Positions 27,980 through 36,242 of a DNA stretch of 39,306 nucleotides are shown piece after piece. The stretch is from IMG/VR virus record IMGVR_UViG_3300025693_000001; one strand, given 5' to 3'. The position numbers were made by a program, and so were the translations under genes. Source of the stretch: a virus (taxonomy: Duplodnaviria; Heunggongvirae; Uroviricota; Caudoviricetes). The stretch's first letter is position 1; every line of letters starts with the position of its first letter. Below the pieces are notes generated by a model, which was not told where the DNA came from, searched no databases, and worked only from the letters and a program-made list of their open reading frames with translations.

Positions 27980-28312
27980 ATGTCAAATTCAAGATCACAT
28001 TTACAAGAAACAGCAATTCACGTATATCACAACACGTTTGGAGATGATATGCGTTACGTTGCTTCACTATCATGCGATGATTCAGTTCGTACTGATGTAG
28101 CATTGGATGTTGCTTATCGTAATACTAATACTATAGAAGCTGCCTGGGTTAAAGGTGATGCAGTTCAAGTTGCTCAAGAAGTTTCAGATGCAGGTGGTTG
28201 TAGATCTACATCAATTGGTGATCGTATGTTAGTAGTCAAAGCAAATGGTGATTCTCAGTGGTATCAAGTAGCAATGGCTGGTTTTGATGAAATTGAAGAT
28301 CCAGCAAAATAA
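27980..28312 (+). CDS. hypothetical protein, YodL-like C-terminal motif
   Basis: RSTSIGDRMLV..WYQV..AGF resembles YodL SLS.SD.V..Y.V..GF. Confidence 0.7.
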   Translation: MSNSRSHLQETAIHVYHNTFGDDMRYVASLSCDDSVRTDVALDVAYRNTNTIEAAWVKGDAVQVAQEVSDAGGCRSTSIGDRMLVVKANGDSQWYQVAMAGFDEIEDPAK

Positions 28313-28380
28313 ATAGTTGACCCTAGTCCAAGGAAGGACTATAATAGCTTCATTGGTTACATAAACAGAGAGAGAAAAAA

Positions 28381-28908
28381 ATGAACATATTCGAATTTAT
28401 CAAAGAACACAACCTTCCTGATCACTCACGTATTTTAGCCATGCAACAAGTAATGGATACTCACAGCGATTTAGAACCATCTGAGTACCGTGTACGTTGT
28501 ATTGAACTAACTGGTCGTGGTGATGACTTACTAGATCGTGAAGCTCGTTACACCTATTTGTATATCGTACAAGAGATGTTAGCACAACATCAACGTGGTC
28601 ATGCTAATCAGATCAACCGTACAGTAGTATACAATATTGCTGAACGTAAAGCGATTGACTACATTGAAAAGAATCAACATATGTTTGTTGAGAAAGAAGA
28701 TGAAGTTAAAGTTGATGCAACAACTGGTAAAGTTAAACCAAAACGAGGTGCAAAGAAAGATAAAGTATGTGCATTGTGGGCTGAACATGCTGATAAGGAA
28801 ATGTCAAGAAAAGAATGGATTGAATTATTAATGAAAGAAGTTGACATGACGAAAGCAGGTGCTTCGACATATTATGCTTCACTTAAAAATGGTACATTCG
28901 GATGTTAA
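28381..28908 (+). CDS. protein with C-terminal ASTYY module
   Basis: MTKAGASTYYASLKNG. Confidence 0.82.
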   Translation: MNIFEFIKEHNLPDHSRILAMQQVMDTHSDLEPSEYRVRCIELTGRGDDLLDREARYTYLYIVQEMLAQHQRGHANQINRTVVYNIAERKAIDYIEKNQHMFVEKEDEVKVDATTGKVKPKRGAKKDKVCALWAEHADKEMSRKEWIELLMKEVDMTKAGASTYYASLKNGTFGC

Positions 28909-29264
28909 AAGCTAACAAAATTATATTAGGGCTATCGTTATCAGCGATAGCCATTAGTGTGGTATCAATGTATAATACGATACCATTGATTGGCAAGGAT
29001 CCATCCATGACTGAACAACATTTACATTGTGATCGTCCATTTAAAACAACAATTACAAAAGCAGATGGTATGGTGGTTGAAGCAATTGCACACACTAAGC
29101 GTTGTCTTTCTACCAGTGAGATAGTAAGCATTGCAGCTTCGATGCGTACGTACATCAAAGAAATGCCAGTTGAAATTAATTCAAAAGATACCCAGAAATA
29201 TGTTGACCAACGGATGGCTAAAGACTATAATAGTATTTTTATCCAACAAAGCGAGCAAAACTAA
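28902..29264 (+). CDS. membrane-anchored hypothetical protein
   Basis: N-terminal TM/signal. Confidence 0.72.
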   Translation: MLKANKIILGLSLSAIAISVVSMYNTIPLIGKDPSMTEQHLHCDRPFKTTITKADGMVVEAIAHTKRCLSTSEIVSIAASMRTYIKEMPVEINSKDTQKYVDQRMAKDYNSIFIQQSEQN

Positions 29265-29719
29265 TGGCATTACCAACATTACCAACAGCATCATTATTCG
29301 ATTTGTACAAAGCTGAGAAGGCAGATTTTGATGATGGGATTGCTGACTATCCAACGTTTCGTGTATGGAAAGAGACGTATTTAACTGAACGTCAGGTGGA
29401 GATGGATAACACTGACATTAGCGAAATCGAAGTGCTTGACGATGCCACTACCAACAAAGAACTAAACGGTGATGAAGAACCAACTAAGGTTACCAAACCA
29501 GCAACAAAAGTAGCTACACCCAAGTCACCAACACAACCAAAGAAAAAGAAGTTGACTAATATGGATTTAGCACGTACAATATTCCAACAGATGGTAGATG
29601 AATCTGATGAGATGCCTACTCGCAAAATGGTTATGGAAGCTTTCATATCCAAGTTACAAGTATCGGCAGCATGTGCTAGTACGTACCATTACAACATCAA
29701 ACAGAAATACAACAAGTAA
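29264..29719 (+). CDS. protein with acidic N-terminus, Pro/Thr/Lys linker and ASTYY module
   Basis: VSAACASTYHYNIKQK. Confidence 0.8.
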   Translation: MALPTLPTASLFDLYKAEKADFDDGIADYPTFRVWKETYLTERQVEMDNTDISEIEVLDDATTNKELNGDEEPTKVTKPATKVATPKSPTQPKKKKLTNMDLARTIFQQMVDESDEMPTRKMVMEAFISKLQVSAACASTYHYNIKQKYNK

Positions 29720-29728
29720 ACAAGTTTC

Positions 29729-29761
29729 GCTAATCAGAGTCCTCTCTCTTCTCTGATTAGC
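29729..29761 (+). ncRNA. hairpin with UCCUCUCUCUU loop (3'UTR element or processed sRNA)
   Basis: Perfect 11-bp stem GCTAATCAGAG/CTCTGATTAGC; loop 29740-29750 identical to loop at 33408-33418. Confidence 0.65.
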
Positions 29762-29768
29762 TTTCCCC

Positions 29769-29806
29769 GAAAAGCTCAGCATCGAAAGGTGTTGGGCTTT
29801 TCTTTT
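29769..29806 (+). terminator. intrinsic terminator, GAAA loop
   Basis: GAAAAGCTCAGCATC-GAAA-GGTGTTGGGCTTTTC + TTTT. Confidence 0.85.
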
Positions 29807-29935
29807 GTCCCACATACACATTCTAATATTCTAATGTTCGAATATTCGGTAATGCTTATAACAAAAACAAATAGTTGTCTTTAAATATAAATGTAGTATA
29901 ATAGCTTTATTGATTACAACAACAGAGAGAAGCAA

Positions 29936-30175
29936 ATGTCACAACCCCGTAAAGCAACATACAAATTAACAATACCTGCTACCACACCAATCATAACAAA
30001 CGATGATGGATCTCGAACGATTGTACTGGAAAGTGAGATAGACGAGCAACGAATCACAGACGCTCGTGACAGTGATTTCGATGAATTTAGTGGAGAGTGT
30101 CAAAATGGTATGTTGTGGGAGAAATTTGAACACGACTTTTATATCGAAGGATGTGAGGCATATTACGAATATTAG
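29936..30175 (+). CDS. hypothetical protein (paralog of 26432-26623)
   Basis: Shared motifs as above. Confidence 0.8.
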   Translation: MSQPRKATYKLTIPATTPIITNDDGSRTIVLESEIDEQRITDARDSDFDEFSGECQNGMLWEKFEHDFYIEGCEAYYEY

Positions 30176-30236
30176 TTGTCTTTAAATATAAATGTAGTAT
30201 AATAGCTTTATTGATTACAACAACAGAGAGAAGCAA

Positions 30237-30536
30237 ATGTCAAATTCTACTAAAGCAAAAACATTAACAGCAACAGCATTAGCTGATATAATGGTCATTG
30301 ATAATGTATCAAAGAAACGTGATGGTTCAGGCCACTTCATTTTCCGTAAAGGTTACTTTTATACTAATGGTGGTAGTGAAGATAAGTTAGCTGAACGGAT
30401 TGAACGTGATTGTAAAATCAACAATCTCAATGTTGAGATTGTTGATAAGGGAAATCACTGGGCTGCTTTTAATGGTGGTGCTCCATTAGCTAAGTCATCT
30501 CATTGGTGGGTTGTGGCTAAAATCACTAGAATGTAG
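30237..30536 (+). CDS. phage hypothetical protein
   Basis: FRKGYFYT.G..W..F.GG..SSHWWV. Confidence 0.8.
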   Translation: MSNSTKAKTLTATALADIMVIDNVSKKRDGSGHFIFRKGYFYTNGGSEDKLAERIERDCKINNLNVEIVDKGNHWAAFNGGAPLAKSSHWWVVAKITRM

Positions 30537-30597
30537 TTGTCTTTTTATATCGATGAGGTATAATAGCCTCATCGGTTAACAAAACAGAGAGAATAAA

Positions 30598-30816
30598 ATG
30601 AAAGTATCAGATACAATTCAAGTAGAGATTGATGATAATACAACAGTAGATGGAATCATCAGCAGTATCATATCAGATACAAAATTTGCAGCTGATCTTG
30701 ACACAGATCATCTTTACGGTTTTAACAAAAACACACCAATCAGATTAACAAAACGGAAAGATGGTAATTATCATCGTCAAGGCGTTGAAACAGGTAGAGG
30801 GTGGAGGTTAGTATAA
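30598..30816 (+). CDS. hypothetical protein
   Basis: Own promoter module. Confidence 0.78.
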   Translation: MKVSDTIQVEIDDNTTVDGIISSIISDTKFAADLDTDHLYGFNKNTPIRLTKRKDGNYHRQGVETGRGWRLV

Positions 30817-31028
30817 TGGCTGATAAACATCTTCATTGTGTAGAGTGCAGTAAATATTTGGGTGTGGTCAGGGATGGTAATTTATCTAAAGGCTTGACAC
30901 CAGTATGTTCTTCGTGTATGACCAATTTAACAGCTAACAAACCAACATCAACGCCTGAATGGTCTGATGTGTTTGGTGAAAAAGATAAAGGTGACTTTAG
31001 TGATATATTCAAGGATATATTCAAATAA
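30816..31028 (+). CDS. small zinc-finger protein
   Basis: CVEC..CSSC; GGAGG RBS, TAATG overlap. Confidence 0.72.
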   Translation: MADKHLHCVECSKYLGVVRDGNLSKGLTPVCSSCMTNLTANKPTSTPEWSDVFGEKDKGDFSDIFKDIFK

Positions 31029-31208
31029 ATAGTTGCTTTTTAATATAAACGTAGTATAATAGGTTTTGTGGTTAGGGAGTACGGGGAAGGCCAAAAGGAG
31101 ATAAAAAGTTAAAAATTAATTGTTGACTTTTTATCTGGCAGATGTATAATAGCCATATTGATTAAATATATCAATAAACACTTTTTAAACAATTTGAGAG
31201 AATATAAA

Positions 31209-31664
31209 ATGAACACATTAATTCGTAAAGACAGCAAAGTATCAGCTCACACAATCAACAATGTAGTTATCCTTGGTACTGTAAAATCAGTAGCTGGTAC
31301 TCAAATGTTAGTTGAAACTCCAGCTGGTGTTAGTCACACAGTACTTAAAGTATCAGCAACTAAGTTATCAGCAGCTGAATTTAAGGTACTAGTAACGGAA
31401 GCAAGTCAACCAAAAGTTGAAGCTAAACCTGAAGTAACAGTTGAAGCTCCTGTTGATGTTAAGAAAGAAATTAAGAAACAGGTTAAGAAAGAAGTTGCTA
31501 AAGAAGTTGCAAAAGTCAACAAAAAAGCATTAGCTCTTGAAATCTTTAACAAACACAAAGGTGCTAAACGTAAAGTTGTTATTGCTGAGTTCAAAGAGAA
31601 TGGAATGTCAGCAGCTTGTGCTTCTACATATTACCAAAACATCAAATCAGGTGCTTGGGCTTAA
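31209..31664 (+). CDS. protein with N-terminal beta domain, Lys/Glu linker and ASTYY module
   Basis: MSAACASTYYQNIKSGAWA. Confidence 0.82.
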   Translation: MNTLIRKDSKVSAHTINNVVILGTVKSVAGTQMLVETPAGVSHTVLKVSATKLSAAEFKVLVTEASQPKVEAKPEVTVEAPVDVKKEIKKQVKKEVAKEVAKVNKKALALEIFNKHKGAKRKVVIAEFKENGMSAACASTYYQNIKSGAWA

Positions 31665-31681
31665 CTAATAAGTCAACAGAC

Positions 31682-31710
31682 GGAGGGTGATTGATTCACC
31701 CTCTCCTTTT
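31682..31710 (+). terminator. probable terminator
   Basis: GGAGGGTGA-TTGAT-TCACCCTCT + CCTTTT. Confidence 0.6.
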
Positions 31711-31729
31711 AATTTCAGGGAGAAGTACA

Positions 31730-32095
31730 ATGGCAAGAACAGTAAACAAAAATTCTAAAAGACAACGAATATTTGCTAGACTTGATGGGTTATCATCAAT
31801 CAAACGAGCAGCAGCAGCTAAGATTATCGTTGATGAATTTGAGGTATCCACTTCATATGCAATGACTTTGTTTCAGAACCACAGACAGATTCGAAGTAGT
31901 GAAGCTACAGGTGATGGATTTGTAACCATATTTAAAGTACGTGACACAAGAAGTAATGCACCAGTTGACCCATACATGTCAAGTATGGTAAAGAATAATC
32001 CTGATGAAGATGAAGCAAGAACTGAATCAGCAGCAATTAAATCGTACATATCTCGTAACATAGAGAAGAATGTAATAGCGGACGGACTATCATGA
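31730..32095 (+). CDS. protein with divergent N-terminal ASTYY-like module
   Basis: KRQRIF..R..I..EFEVSTSYAMTLFQN. Confidence 0.75.
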   Translation: MARTVNKNSKRQRIFARLDGLSSIKRAAAAKIIVDEFEVSTSYAMTLFQNHRQIRSSEATGDGFVTIFKVRDTRSNAPVDPYMSSMVKNNPDEDEARTESAAIKSYISRNIEKNVIADGLS

Positions 32096-32817
32096 GCTAC
32101 AATATAGAAAAACGCCACCTATATAATCAGCAACAGGGCAAGTGCTATTATTGCAAAGAACAAATGCTACCACTACCCAAACCCGGGCAGGTTGAGCAAT
32201 CCGATTTAACACCAACCTTTGATCATAAGATACTGAAGAAGAATGGTGGGTTGGGTACTATTATGAATGGGGTGTGTGCTTGTCGTAGTTGTAATTTGTT
32301 ACGTAGTAGTATCACATTCAATGTGTTTGTTGGAGCAGTATATGATCAACCATCCAAGCAAGCATTTATTCAAGCAAAGAATGACAACATGCTACGTTAT
32401 GCCGATTTCCATGAATGGGAAAAGAAATACCCATCATGTACGATGACATTAGCTCGTCAACGATATGAGGCATTACACTCACCACAACCGATCAAACAGG
32501 TATCACCTACACCAGTTGTACGTCAACTAAGTACCACAGAACCATTGCTTGTTCCAATAAGCAGAAAGAAACGTAAGCTGGCTGAACGGTTAGCAAACAA
32601 CAGAGCTGTGTTAGCATCTCAGCATGGTAAGTGTTTATGTTGTGGTACTCATACATTGGATTTTGGTAGAACGTACGATGATCTAACATTGGAGGAGTTC
32701 AAGGTTAGTGTGTACCGACCAATGCGATTTCGTGACTATGTTGCTTGTAAAGGTTGTTATGATCTGAAAAGAAACCCAAACAAGTTGTTGACTTTTTTTA
32801 GAAATCTGCTAAAATAG
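32092..32817 (+). CDS. HNH endonuclease
   Basis: CYYC..TFDHKILKKNGG..N.VCACRSCN; second CLCC..CKGC module. Confidence 0.88.
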   Translation: MSYNIEKRHLYNQQQGKCYYCKEQMLPLPKPGQVEQSDLTPTFDHKILKKNGGLGTIMNGVCACRSCNLLRSSITFNVFVGAVYDQPSKQAFIQAKNDNMLRYADFHEWEKKYPSCTMTLARQRYEALHSPQPIKQVSPTPVVRQLSTTEPLLVPISRKKRKLAERLANNRAVLASQHGKCLCCGTHTLDFGRTYDDLTLEEFKVSVYRPMRFRDYVACKGCYDLKRNPNKLLTFFRNLLK

Positions 32818-32848
32818 ACACATCTTTCAAAGAAACGGGATTACCGAA

Positions 32849-33196
32849 ATGGCTAAGAACAAAATTGTAACAAGAGATTCACTGCAAGCGATGTTGGATA
32901 AAGACAACACCGATTATGTTCAATTAGTCATCGGTAAAGCCCTAACAGCTTTATATGATTATCAAACAGCCGAGGAGCAGAACGCTCACGCCACAGTAGA
33001 ACACAACGGTGTGGGGTTTACTGGTGCAGATGCACGTTCAGGTAGCAAGACAGCTATCTTTTGGAGTAAGCACCACAAACTACTTGACTGGCAGATCGAT
33101 ATGTGGACTAAGAAAGGTTCACGTGGGTACTCTCGATTAGCTAAGTATCATGCTCAGCTAAATCGAATTGCAGAAGATAAGTTGACTTCTGCATAG
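32849..33196 (+). CDS. phage hypothetical protein
   Basis: LY..QT.EEQ..T..NGVGF...DA motif. Confidence 0.8.
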   Translation: MAKNKIVTRDSLQAMLDKDNTDYVQLVIGKALTALYDYQTAEEQNAHATVEHNGVGFTGADARSGSKTAIFWSKHHKLLDWQIDMWTKKGSRGYSRLAKYHAQLNRIAEDKLTSA

Positions 33197-33215
33197 ATAC
33201 ATGTATAATAGCTAT

Positions 33216-33472
33216 ATAGATTAACGAATACAAAGCTCCTTATGAAACGGGAGCGTTTGTGGTAAGAAGGACATGCGTTGGGTCCTTCGCGATGGTGGCG
33301 CGAGCAATCGATAGGGGGCCAATCATCAACTTATTTTGCTTATTCATGTTTTGCTCTTTGGATGCTTGGGTCTACCCTATAAGTCATCTCCAGGTTCAGC
33401 ACTACCGTCCTCTCTCTTCGGTGGTGCGTTCAGAAGCCAGTAGCTACTCTCTCTTGCTACTGGCTTTTTTTT
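33216..33472 (+). ncRNA. putative structured small RNA (~255 nt) with two CU-rich anti-RBS loops
   Basis: Promoter TTGACT-16-TATAAT (33182-33209) with no RBS/ATG; hairpins 33230-33260, 33266-33288, ~33311-33380, 33399-33427, 33435-33465; ends in T8; 5' end estimated. Confidence 0.75.
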
Positions 33473-33596
33473 GTCTATAGGAAATGCATATCCGAATATT
33501 CCAACATTCGAATATTCGGATATGTATAGCCAGTTGCCTTTTTATATCAAGGTGGTATAATAGCTCTATTGATTAACAAAACAGAGAGACCACCAC

Positions 33597-33899
33597 ATGA
33601 GTACTTTATTCGCACAAACCATTCTTACTCACCTAACACTGGATGAGTCATTATTAAACCCCCACGACATGGACTCGTATGATTCGTATACCGTTCCCGA
33701 TGATACCGTCGTTCAAGTATCACCAAACGATCGTGACGATCCTGACTTCTATACCGTGACGTATGTTCAAGTGATGAACAGAACTAAGAATGGGTGTGGT
33801 AATGTTATCATCTTTCAACTAGAAGGGTTACCAGAAGATCCTGCTTCGTTTGATGCTTTGTCAGAGGTTCAGGTTAGAATATACACCCGAACCATTTAA
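33597..33899 (+). CDS. acidic hypothetical protein
   Basis: Own promoter module. Confidence 0.8.
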   Translation: MSTLFAQTILTHLTLDESLLNPHDMDSYDSYTVPDDTVVQVSPNDRDDPDFYTVTYVQVMNRTKNGCGNVIIFQLEGLPEDPASFDALSEVQVRIYTRTI

Positions 33900-33965
33900 T
33901 TGTTGGTTGCCTTTTAATATGGATGAGCTATAATAAGCTCATCTTAAACAGAACCGGAGGAAGAA

Positions 33966-34199
33966 ATGAGTAAGTTTGATCGCATCGTAGAAGTTAATGG
34001 AACGACTAATACCCTGACAATCAACGGTGTAACATATGAACGCCAATACATTGCTGAAGTCATAGAAGATATGTTGTCAGCCGAAGGGTCTGATAATACT
34101 GAAGAGAATAGGATGTCTGCTATGACTACACTGAATATCACTTCATACCTAACGGACATAACAAAGGAACAACAAGAAATGTTTTTTACTTTCGGTTGA
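33966..34199 (+). CDS. hypothetical protein
   Basis: Hairpin-type promoter, GGAGG RBS. Confidence 0.8.
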   Translation: MSKFDRIVEVNGTTNTLTINGVTYERQYIAEVIEDMLSAEGSDNTEENRMSAMTTLNITSYLTDITKEQQEMFFTFG

Positions 34200-34252
34200 T
34201 CCCTATACCAATTAGTAGTATACTATCCATTCAACAAACACCGGAGGGATGA

Positions 34253-34474
34253 ATGGGAGAATTAGAAGTAGCAATAATGGACAGGTGTTCACTAATAGCG
34301 AATGACACACGGATGGTAGATGCTTTGGTAGCAGAGTATCATGACAAGTATAGTTCAACAACATTTAACATAGAAGAGTGCAACTCAATCAAACTACTCA
34401 TTCTTCAACCTGACCACTTGCGGTCAATTGCAGTGGAACAATTAACCAACGAGGGTATTATACCAACACATTAA
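34253..34474 (+). CDS. hypothetical protein
   Basis: GGAGG RBS; possible TTGATC-17-TATACT at 34196. Confidence 0.75.
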   Translation: MGELEVAIMDRCSLIANDTRMVDALVAEYHDKYSSTTFNIEECNSIKLLILQPDHLRSIAVEQLTNEGIIPTH

Positions 34475-34548
34475 TGAATAAATTTGGTTGACTTAACCAC
34501 TCATTAGCACTATAATAGTCACATCTTTAATAGAACTGGAGCAACAAA

Positions 34549-34701
34549 ATGTCAGAACAAGCACTAGAAGATATATTAGCAAATGCACAAGCAGAACTTG
34601 AACAAGCAATAGCAGCTAAAGATCAACAAGCTACATTCGACTTAGAAGCCCACATAGATGATCTCGAGAATGAGATTGCGATGATGGGAGAGCCAGCCTA
34701 A
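34549..34701 (+). CDS. small helical-hairpin protein (50 aa)
   Basis: My translation MSEQALEDILANAQAELEQAIAAKDQQ...; promoter 34488, GGAG RBS. Confidence 0.75.
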   Translation: MSEQALEDILANAQAELEQAIAAKDQQATFDLEAHIDDLENEIAMMGEPA

Positions 34702-34729
34702 ACCAAACACCACACATGAGAGTAATACT

Positions 34730-34753
34730 AAACCACCTTCGGGTGGTTTTTTT
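34730..34753. terminator. terminator with UUCG loop
   Basis: AAACCACC-TTCG-GGTGGTTT + T tract. Confidence 0.9.
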
Positions 34754-34767
34754 ATGTCCACATAATA

Positions 34768-34877
34768 GTGTGATGATTGTGGCATGATAGTGGGATGATT
34801 GTGGCATGATAGTGGGATGATAATGGGATGATAATGGGATGATTGTGGCATGATTATGGGATGGGTGTGGCATGATT
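34768..34877 (+). repeat. degenerate 11-bp tandem array (RTGKSATGATW), 10 units
   Basis: GTGTGATGATT, GTGGCATGATA, GTGGGATGATT...; first unit identical to the 16024 array unit. Confidence 0.9.
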
Positions 34878-35161
34878 GATTTCTAATTTTTACATCCAGT
34901 AAATCATACACACATCAACTACCACATAACCCACCACATTAGGTTGTATAGTGGAGTACTTTGGTGTTGCAGTATCACTGTATATGTCTTTGTTGTGAGC
35001 GTGTTGTATGGGTAGCACTTGTGGTATGGGTTGATAGCTGTCCATTCTCTGATCGTGCTCTATGGCTCTTGTGTATACATTCAAGTACTCACGTACTCAT
35101 GATGGGTATCAATTGATATGCATGTGTGTACGGGTTTATGATGTGTTGTCACCACCTGTGG

Positions 35162-35224
35162 GTGGGTGTAACACATGTTGATGTGGGTGTAACACATGTT
35201 GATGTGGGTGTAACACATGATGAT
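35162..35224 (+). repeat. 21-bp tandem repeat x3
   Basis: GTGGGTGTAACACATGTTGAT x2 + GTGGGTGTAACACATGATGAT. Confidence 0.92.
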
Positions 35225-35394
35225 GTTGATGTAAAGGGTATTGAATAATGTTTTTAAATATTTAAAATATTATTACTAACATTATATAATAAAAAATATA
35301 AAAAATCAACATTTATTTTTATTATTTCCATATCCATATATCCATATATTCGAATATTCGAATATTCGGAAACACTGATATAGTGCGCGGTTAG

Positions 35395-35655
35395 TTAAGA
35401 GCCCATACTAAGTAGGAGCCCATACCACATGAGTGGATAGGTTGGTTGGGTATGTCTCATTGGATCGAATACCTGATAGGAGTGAGTGATGTGGTTATCT
35501 CTTCCGGTATGAGCTGAGTAGCATACTGTTGTAAGTGTGGATGGTTTGGTGTGTATACCTGCATATGCACGTCTCTCAACTGTTTCTATAATTGATTCCA
35601 CCATCAACACATTAAGTTGCAATAAGTTTAGGATGAACTGGATTAGGTATGTCAT
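35395..35655 (-). CDS. hypothetical protein
   Basis: Minus-strand promoter module 35717-35690; leader lacks GAGAG RBS. Confidence 0.55.
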   Translation of the reverse strand: MTYLIQFILNLLQLNVLMVESIIETVERRAYAGIHTKPSTLTTVCYSAHTGRDNHITHSYQVFDPMRHTQPTYPLMWYGLLLSMGS

Positions 35656-35988
35656 ATTGTTTGGATGTGGTTTGTTAATCAATAAAGCTATTATACCACA
35701 TTAATATTAAAAGGCAACTCTGCATATCTGTCTCCCCAGCTCACACATTAGCATTTTCGAATATTCGAATATTATAATATTCGAAAGTACTAATATGAAA
35801 TTAATTTAAAATAATTGTTGTATTTTTATATATTTAAAGTATAATATATTAAATGAAATCAAACAAATTAAAAAATAAATTAATTAAAAATATATTAAAT
35901 AATATTTTATTTAATTTTAAATATTTGTTTAATTTTATATATAAATGTAGTATAATAATATTTTAATTAATAAAAAAGAGAGATAAAA

Positions 35989-36231
35989 ATGAATAAATTT
36001 AAAGTAGTTGATTTAATAAAAAATATTAAAAGAATGAATGAAATGGTTGACAAATTGGAAGAAATGGATGAGGATTGTGAAGTATTATTTGGATATGATG
36101 AAGGAGGTTATTGTGTTGGTGGTGAAGAAATATTAAATTTGAAAATTGATATTAATATTGATAATGAAGATGAATATTATAAAAATGGTATTGTGTGTGT
36201 TGATGTTGAAGTTGAAAAATCTGAAGATTAG
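35989..36231 (+). CDS. acidic hypothetical protein
   Basis: AAGAGAGA leader; nearly C-free coding strand. Confidence 0.78.
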   Translation: MNKFKVVDLIKNIKRMNEMVDKLEEMDEDCEVLFGYDEGGYCVGGEEILNLKIDINIDNEDEYYKNGIVCVDVEVEKSED

Positions 36232-36242
36232 TATATAATGAT

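Noticed and set aside
33216-33472. tRNA, tmRNA or 6S identity for the structured RNA
   Set aside because: No T-loop/CCA cloverleaf, no tmRNA tag frame, no 6S-like long rod evident; no tRNA seen elsewhere.
33259-33480. 73-aa ORF inside the putative ncRNA
   Set aside because: GTG start without a clear RBS, runs through strong hairpins and the terminator; composition unlike neighbours.
34890-35084. 64-aa minus-strand ORF
   Set aside because: TTG start, no RBS or module promoter, inside a repeat-rich junction.
16962-35682. Shared N-terminal peptide MINKTERNK / MIQTTERKK on many ORFs
   Set aside because: ORF-caller artefact: TTG in the conserved leader falls 27 nt upstream and in frame in some modules only; the RBS points to the downstream ATG.
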